NCBI GenBank assembly: GCA_964016885.1
Contig: OZ024741.1
Span: 209,560,001-209,624,000, forward strand
Direction: 5' to 3'
DNA length: 64,000 nt
Origin: Eledone cirrhosa
Taxonomy: Eukaryota
How positions within the stretch are numbered: the first letter of the stretch is position 1; each line of letters begins with the position of its first letter. The notes under the pieces are model-generated. The model was not told the origin of the DNA and searched no databases. It was given only the letters and a program-made list of their open reading frames with translations. This document shows, one piece after another, positions 56,200-64,000 of this stretch. Both the position numbers and the translations under genes were made by a program.

Positions 56200-59100
56200 G
56201 AGTTGATAACCCCAACTTGACTTAACCGCAACTTAACTTAACCGCAACCTAACTTAACCCTAACTTAACTTAACCGCAACTTAACTTAACCGCAACTTAG
56301 CTTAACCCCAACCCTTGGTGGGATCGATCTGTAATTACTGGTACATGTGCAGACACTCATTGGCTGTGTGTGGCCTGATTTTCAGAAAGATATCTCCGTA
56401 AAATAACGAGTGGTGGCTGCGTAAAATAATGAATTACGCACGAAAATGAGAAAATTTCGATTCTCGATCGTGGGCCGGCCGGATGTCGGATCGATTCGTA
56501 AATACAAGGATAATGTGCGGACACTCCTTGCCTGTGTGCCGCATGATTTTCAGGACGATTTCTCCGTAAAATCAAGAGTTGATAACCCCAACTTAACTTA
56601 ACCCCAACTTAACTTAACCGCAACTTAACTTAACCGCAACCTAACTTAACCCCAACTTAACTTAACCGCAACCTAACTTAACCCCAACTTAACTTAACCG
56701 CAACTTAACTTAACCCCAACCTAACTTAACCCCAACTTAACTTAACCGCAACTTAACTTAACCGCAACCTAACTTAACCCCAACTTAACTTAACCGCAAC
56801 TTAACTTAACCGCAACTTAGCTTAACCCCAACCCTTGGTGGGATCGATCTGTAATTACTGGTACATGTGCAGACACTCATTGGCTGTGTGTGGCCTGATT
56901 TTCAGAAAGATATCTCCGTAAAATAACGAGTGGTGGCTGCGTAAAATAATGAATTACGCACGAAAATGAGAAAATTTCGATTCTCGATCGTGGGCCGGCC
57001 GGATGTCGGATCGATTCGTAAATACAAGGATAATGTGCGGACACTCCTTGGCTGTGTGCGGCATGATTTTCAGGACGATATCTCCGTAAAATCAAGCGTT
57101 GATAACCCCAACTTAACTTAACCCCAACTTAACTTAACCGCAACTTAACTTAACCGCAACCTAACTTAACCCCAACTTAACTTAACCGCAACCTAACTTA
57201 ACCCCAACTTAACTTAACGGCAACTTAACTTAACCCCAACCTAACTTAACCCCAACTTAACTTAACCGCAACTTAACTTAACCGCAACCTAACTTAACCC
57301 TAACTTAACTTAACCGCAACTTAACTTAACCGCAACTTAGCTTAACCCCAACCCTTGGTGGGATCGATCTGTAATTACTGGTACATGTGCAGACACTCAT
57401 TGGCTGTGTGTGGCCTGATTTTCAGAAAGATGTCTCCGTAAAATAACGAGTGGTGGCTGCGTAAATTAATGAATTACGCACGAAAATGAGAAAATTTCGA
57501 TTCTCGATCGTGGGCCGGCCGGATGTCGGATCGATTCGTAAATACAATGATAATGTGCGGACACTCCTTGCCTGTGTGCCGCATGATTTTCAGGACGATA
57601 TCTCCGTAAAATCAAGAGTTGATAACCCCAACTTAACTTAACCCCAACTTAACTTAACCGCAACTTAACTTAACCGCAACCTAACTTAACCCCAACTTAA
57701 CTTAACCGCAACCTAACTTAACCCCAACTTAACTTAACCGCAACTTAACTTAACCCCAACCTAACTTAACCCCAACTTAACTTAACCGCAACTTAACTTA
57801 ACCGCAACCTAACTTAACCCCAACTTAACTTAACCGCAACTTAACTTAACCGCAACTTAGCTTAACCCCAACCCTTGGTGGGATCGATCTGTAATTACTG
57901 GTACATGTGCAGACACTCATTGGCTGTGTGTGGCCTGATTTTCAGAAAGATATCTCCGTAAAATAACGAGTGGTGGCTGCGTAAAATAATGAATTACGCA
58001 CGAAAATGAGAAAATTTCGATTCTCGATCGTGGGCCGGCCGGATGTCGGATCGATTCGTAAATACAAGGATAATGTGCGGACACTCCTTGGCTGTGTGCG
58101 GCATGATTTTCAGGACGATATCTCCGTAAAATCAAGAGTTGATAACCCCAACTTAACTTAACCGCAACTTAACTTAACCGCAACCTAACTTAACCCCAAC
58201 TTAACTTAACCGCAACTTAACTTAACCGCAACTTAGCTTAACCCCAACCCTTGGTGGGATCGATCTGTAATTACTGGTACATGTGCAGACACTCATTGGC
58301 TGTGTGTGGCCTGATTTTCAGAAAGATATCTCCGTAAAATAACGAGTGGTGGCTGCGTAAAATAATGAATTACGCACGAAAATGAGAAAATTTCGATTCT
58401 CGATCGTGGGCCGGCCGGATGTCGGATCGATTCGTTAATACAAGGATAATGTGCGGACACTCCTTGCCTGTGTGCCGCATGATTTTCAGGACGATATCTC
58501 CGTAAAATCAAGAGTTGATAACCCCAACTTAACTTAACCCCAACTTAACTTAACCGCAACTTAACTTAACCGCAACCTAACTTAACCCCAACTTAACTTA
58601 ACCGCAACCTAACTTAACCCCAACTTAACTTAACCGCAACTTAACTTAACCCCAACCTAACTTAACCCCAACTTAACTTAACCGCAACTTAACTTAACCG
58701 CAACCTAACTTAACCCCAGCTTAACTTAACCGCAACTTAACTTAACCGCAACTTAGCTTAACCCCAACTCTTGGTGGGATCGATCTGTAATTACTGGTAC
58801 ATGTGCAGACACTCATTGGCTGTGTGTGGCCTGATTTTCAGAAAGATATCTCCGTAAAATAACGAGTGGTGGCTGCGTAAAATAATGAATTACGCACGAA
58901 AATGAGAAAATTTCGATTCTCGATCGTGGGCCGGCCGGATGTCGGATCGATTCGTAAATACAAGGATAATGTGCGGACACTCCTTGGCTGTGTGCGGCAT
59001 GATTTTCAGGACGATATCTCCGTAAAATCAAGAGTTGATAACCCCAACTTAACTTAACCCCAACTTAACTTAACCGCAACTTAACTTAACCGCAACCTAA

Positions 59101-62100
59101 CTTAACCCCAACTTAACTTAACCGCAACCTAACTTAACCCAAACTTAACTTAACCGCAACTTAACTTAACCCCAACCTAACTTAACCCCAACTTAACTTA
59201 ACCGCAACTTAACTTAACCGCAACCTAACTTAACCCCAACTTAACTTAACCGCAACTTAACCCCAACTTAGCTTAACCCCAACCCTTGGTGGGATCGATC
59301 TGTAATTACTGGTACATGTGCAGACACTCATTGGCTGTGTGTGGCCTGATTTTTAGAAAGATATCTCCGTAAAATAACGAGTGGTGGCTGCGTAAAATAA
59401 TGAATTACGCACGAAAATGAGAAAATTTCGATTCTCGATCGTGGGCCGGCCGGATGTCGGATCGATTCGTAAATACAAGGATAATGTGCGGACACTCCTT
59501 GGCTGTGTGCGGCATGATTTTCAGGACGATATCTCCGTAAAATCAAGAGTTGATAACCCCAACTTAACTTAACCCCAACTTAACTTAACCGCAACTTAAC
59601 TTAACCGCAACCTAACTTAACCCCAACTTAACTTAACCTCAACCTAACTTAACCCCAACTTAACTTAACCGCAACTTAACTTAACCCCAACCTAACTTAA
59701 CCCCAACTTAACTTAACCGCAACTTAACTTAACCGCAACCTAACTTAACCCCAACTTAACTTAACCGCAACTTAACTTAACCGCAACTTAGCTTAACCCC
59801 AACCCTTGGTGGGATCGATCTGTAATTACTGGTACATGTGCAGACACTCATTGGCTGTGTGTGGCCTGATTTTCAGAAAGATATCTCCGTAAAATAACGA
59901 GTGGTGGCTGCGTAAATTAATGAATTACGCACGAAAATGAGAAAATTTCGATTCTCGATCGTGGGCCGGCCGGATGTCGGATCGATTCGTAAATACAAGG
60001 ATAATGTGCGGACACTCCTTGCCTGTGAGCCGCATGATTTTCAGGACGATATCTCCGTAAAATCAAGAGTTGATAACCCCAACTTAACTTAACCCCAACT
60101 TAACTTAACCGCAACTTAACTTAACCGCAACCTAACTTAACCCCAACTTAACTTAACCGCAACCTAACTTAACCCCAACTTAACTTAACCGCAACTTAAC
60201 TTAACCCCAACCTAACTTAACCCCAACTTAACTTAACGGCAACTTAACTTAACCGCAACCTAACTTAACCCCAACTTAACTTAACCGCAACTTAACTTAA
60301 CCGCAACTTAGCTTAACCCCAACCCTTGGTGGGATCGATCTGTAATTACTGGTACATGTGCAGACACTCATTGGCTGTGTGTGGCCTGATTTTCAGAAAG
60401 ATATCTCCGTAAAATAACGAGTGGTGGCTGCGTAAAATAATGAATTACGCACGAAAATGAGAAAATTTCGATTCTCGATCGTGGGCCGGCCGGATGTCGG
60501 ATCGATTCGTAAATACAAGGATAATGTGCGGACACTCCTTGGCTGTGTGCGGCATGATTTTCAGGACGATATCTCCGTAAAATCAAGAGTTGATAACCCC
60601 AACTTAACTTAACCCCAACTTAACTTAACCGCAACTTAACTTAACCGCAACCTAACTTAACCCCAACTTAACTTAACCGCAACCTAACTTAACCCAAACT
60701 TAACTTAACCGCAACTTAACTTAACCCCAACCTAACTTAACCCCAACTTAACTTAACCGCAACTTAACTTAACCGCAACCTAACTTAACCCCAACTTAAC
60801 TTAACCGCAACTTAACCCCAACTTAGCTTAACCCCAACCCTTGGTGGGATCGATCTGTAATTACTGGTACATGTGCAGACACTCATTGGCTGTGTGTGGC
60901 CTGATTTTTAGAAAGATATCTCCGTAAAATAACGAGTGGTGGCTGCGTAAAATAATGAATTACGCACGAAAATGAGAAAATTTCGATTCTCGATCGTGGG
61001 CCGGCCGGATGTCGGATCGATTCGTAAATACAAGGATAATGTGCGGACACTCCTTGGCTGTGTGCGGCATGATTTTCAGGACGATATCTCCGTAAAATCA
61101 AGAGTTGATAACCCCAACTTGACTTAACCGCAACTTAACTTAACCGCAACCTAACTTAACCCTAACTTAACTTAACCGCAACTTAACTTAACCGCAACTT
61201 AGCTTAACCCCAACCCTTGGTGGGATCGATCTGTAATTACTGGTACATGTGCAGACACTCATTGGCTGTGTGTGGCCTGATTTTCAGAAAGATATCTCCG
61301 TAAAATAACGAGTGGTGGCTGCGTAAAATAATGAATTACGCACGAAAATGAGAAAATTTCGATTCTCGATCGTGGGCCGGCCGGATGTCGGATCGATTCG
61401 TAAATACAAGGATAATGTGCGGACACTCCTTGCCTGTGTGCCGCATGATTTTCAGGACGATTTCTCCGTAAAATCAAGAGTTGATAACCCCAACTTAACT
61501 TAACCCCAACTTAACTTAACCGCAACTTAACTTAACCGCAACCTAACTTAACCCCAACTTAACTTAACCGCAACCTAACTTAACCCCAACTTAACTTAAC
61601 CGCAACTTAACTTAACCCCAACCTAACTTAACCCCAACTTAACTTAACCGCAACTTAACTTAACCGCAACCTAACTTAACCCCAACTTAACTTAACCGCA
61701 ACTTAACTTAACCGCAACTTAGCTTAACCCCAACCCTTGGTGGGATCGATCTGTAATTACTGGTACATGTGCAGACACTCATTGGCTGTGTGTGGCCTGA
61801 TTTTCAGAAAGATATCTCCGTAAAATAACGAGTGGTGGCTGCGTAAAATAATGAATTACGCACGAAAATGAGAAAATTTCGATTCTCGATCGTGGGCCGG
61901 CCGGATGTCGGATCGATTCGTAAATACAAGGATAATGTGCGGACACTCCTTGGCTGTGTGCGGCATGATTTTCAGGACGATATCTCCGTAAAATCAAGCG
62001 TTGATAACCCCAACTTAACTTAACCCCAACTTAACTTAACCGCAACTTAACTTAACCGCAACCTAACTTAACCCCAACTTAACTTAACCGCAACCTAACT

Positions 62101-64000
62101 TAACCCCAACTTAACTTAACGGCAACTTAACTTAACCCCAACCTAACTTAACCCCAACTTAACTTAACCGCAACTTAACTTAACCGCAACCTAACTTAAC
62201 CCTAACTTAACTTAACCGCAACTTAACTTAACCGCAACTTAGCTTAACCCCAACCCTTGGTGGGATCGATCTGTAATTACTGGTACATGTGCAGACACTC
62301 ATTGGCTGTGTGTGGCCTGATTTTCAGAAAGATGTCTCCGTAAAATAACGAGTGGTGGCTGCGTAAATTAATGAATTACGCACGAAAATGAGAAAATTTC
62401 GATTCTCGATCGTGGGCCGGCCGGATGTCGGATCGATTCGTAAATACAATGATAATGTGCGGACACTCCTTGCCTGTGTGCCGCATGATTTTCAGGACGA
62501 TATCTCCGTAAAATCAAGAGTTGATAACCCCAACTTAACTTAACCCCAACTTAACTTAACCGCAACTTAACTTAACCGCAACCTAACTTAACCCCAACTT
62601 AACTTAACCGCAACCTAACTTAACCCCAACTTAACTTAACCGCAACTTAACTTAACCCCAACCTAACTTAACCCCAACTTAACTTAACCGCAACTTAACT
62701 TAACCGCAACCTAACTTAACCCCAACTTAACTTAACCGCAACTTAACTTAACCGCAACTTAGCTTAACCCCAACCCTTGGTGGGATCGATCTGTAATTAC
62801 TGGTACATGTGCAGACACTCATTGGCTGTGTGTGGCCTGATTTTCAGAAAGATATCTCCGTAAAATAACGAGTGGTGGCTGCGTAAAATAATGAATTACG
62901 CACGAAAATGAGAAAATTTCGATTCTCGATCGTGGGCCGGCCGGATGTCGGATCGATTCGTAAATACAAGGATAATGTGCGGACACTCCTTGGCTGTGTG
63001 CGGCATGATTTTCAGGACGATATCTCCGTAAAATCAAGAGTTGATAACCCCAACTTAACTTAACCGCAACTTAACTTAACCGCAACCTAACTTAACCCCA
63101 ACTTAACTTAACCGCAACTTAACTTAACCGCAACTTAGCTTAACCCCAACCCTTGGTGGGATCGATCTGTAATTACTGGTACATGTGCAGACACTCATTG
63201 GCTGTGTGTGGCCTGATTTTCAGAAAGATATCTCCGTAAAATAACGAGTGGTGGCTGCGTAAAATAATGAATTACGCACGAAAATGAGAAAATTTCGATT
63301 CTCGATCGTGGGCCGGCCGGATGTCGGATCGATTCGTTAATACAAGGATAATGTGCGGACACTCCTTGCCTGTGTGCCGCATGATTTTCAGGACGATATC
63401 TCCGTAAAATCAAGAGTTGATAACCCCAACTTAACTTAACCCCAACTTAACTTAACCGCAACTTAACTTAACCGCAACCTAACTTAACCCCAACTTAACT
63501 TAACCGCAACCTAACTTAACCCCAACTTAACTTAACCGCAACTTAACTTAACCCCAACCTAACTTAACCCCAACTTAACTTAACCGCAACTTAACTTAAC
63601 CGCAACCTAACTTAACCCCAGCTTAACTTAACCGCAACTTAACTTAACCGCAACTTAGCTTAACCCCAACTCTTGGTGGGATCGATCTGTAATTACTGGT
63701 ACATGTGCAGACACTCATTGGCTGTGTGTGGCCTGATTTTCAGAAAGATATCTCCGTAAAATAACGAGTGGTGGCTGCGTAAAATAATGAATTACGCACG
63801 AAAATGAGAAAATTTCGATTCTCGATCGTGGGCCGGCCGGATGTCGGATCGATTCGTAAATACAAGGATAATGTGCGGACACTCCTTGGCTGTGTGCGGC
63901 ATGATTTTCAGGACGATATCTCCGTAAAATCAAGAGTTGATAACCCCAACTTAACTTAACCCCAACTTAACTTAACCGCAACTTAACTTAACCGCAACCT
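56200..64000. repeat. 4902-bp (10-monomer) higher-order duplication; second copy truncated by the window end
   Basis: 56357/61259, 56877/61779, 57917/62819, 58293/63195, 58813/63715. A shared AACGGC variant lies at 57219 and 62121. Confidence 0.9.

Larger units (their letters stand above)
1..64000. repeat. Satellite DNA array: ~128 head-to-tail copies of a composite ~520-bp monomer, running off both window edges
   Basis: The core starting CCCTTGGTGGGATCGATCTGTAATTACTGG recurs throughout. The ORF track marks 109 cores, and 19 more carry a stop variant (e.g. ~619, 2539, 10153). Spacings are mostly 520 bp, and copies differ by only a few substitutions. No unique sequence or inversion was seen. 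Confidence 0.99.

Noticed and set aside
99-63933. 109 copies of a 72-aa minus-strand ORF (MILRRYRPENHAAHSQ...) as a tandem gene family
   Set aside because: The start codon is TTG, not ATG (plus-strand CAA at 315-317). About 19 cores carry a TAT>TAA stop, 6 have a 1-bp frameshift (79 aa) and 1 has a 2-bp frameshift (95 aa). Many core variants are non-synonymous, I recognise no domain, and the internal peptide repeat simply mirrors the DNA direct repeat.
1-64000. CRISPR-like repeat/spacer array
   Set aside because: The intervening segments are near-identical and not unique spacers, the sizes are wrong, and there are no cas genes.

Overview
The whole 64-kb window is one uninterrupted head-to-tail tandem (satellite) array of about 128 copies of a composite monomer, modal length 520 bp (variants 375/376, 472, 499, 504, 515, 518, 536, 552 bp). 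Each monomer has two parts. One is a ~280-bp CpG-rich, palindrome-rich core containing a diverged ~91-bp internal direct repeat. The other is usually 15 copies of a 16-bp C-rich subrepeat, CC(C/G)CAAC(T/C)TAACTTAA, whose minus strand is a telomere-like mosaic of TTAAG/TTAGG 5-mers and TTA(A/G)GTTG(G/C)GG 11-mers, including one exact TTAGGTTGGGG in a typical monomer. Point variants and length variants reveal several overlapping higher-order repeats (9534, 5013, 1072, 3351, 4902 bp, plus 8571, 11922 and 13468 bp offsets). I found no credible protein-coding gene, RNA gene, transposon or CRISPR array; the 109 ORF calls are one TTG-started repeat artefact. The best-supported interpretation (inference) is a eukaryotic, probably insect/hymenopteran, telomere-derived subtelomeric or (peri)centromeric satellite. 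Organism and chromosomal position cannot be determined from this window. All counts were made by eye from the sequence and the ORF spacings.
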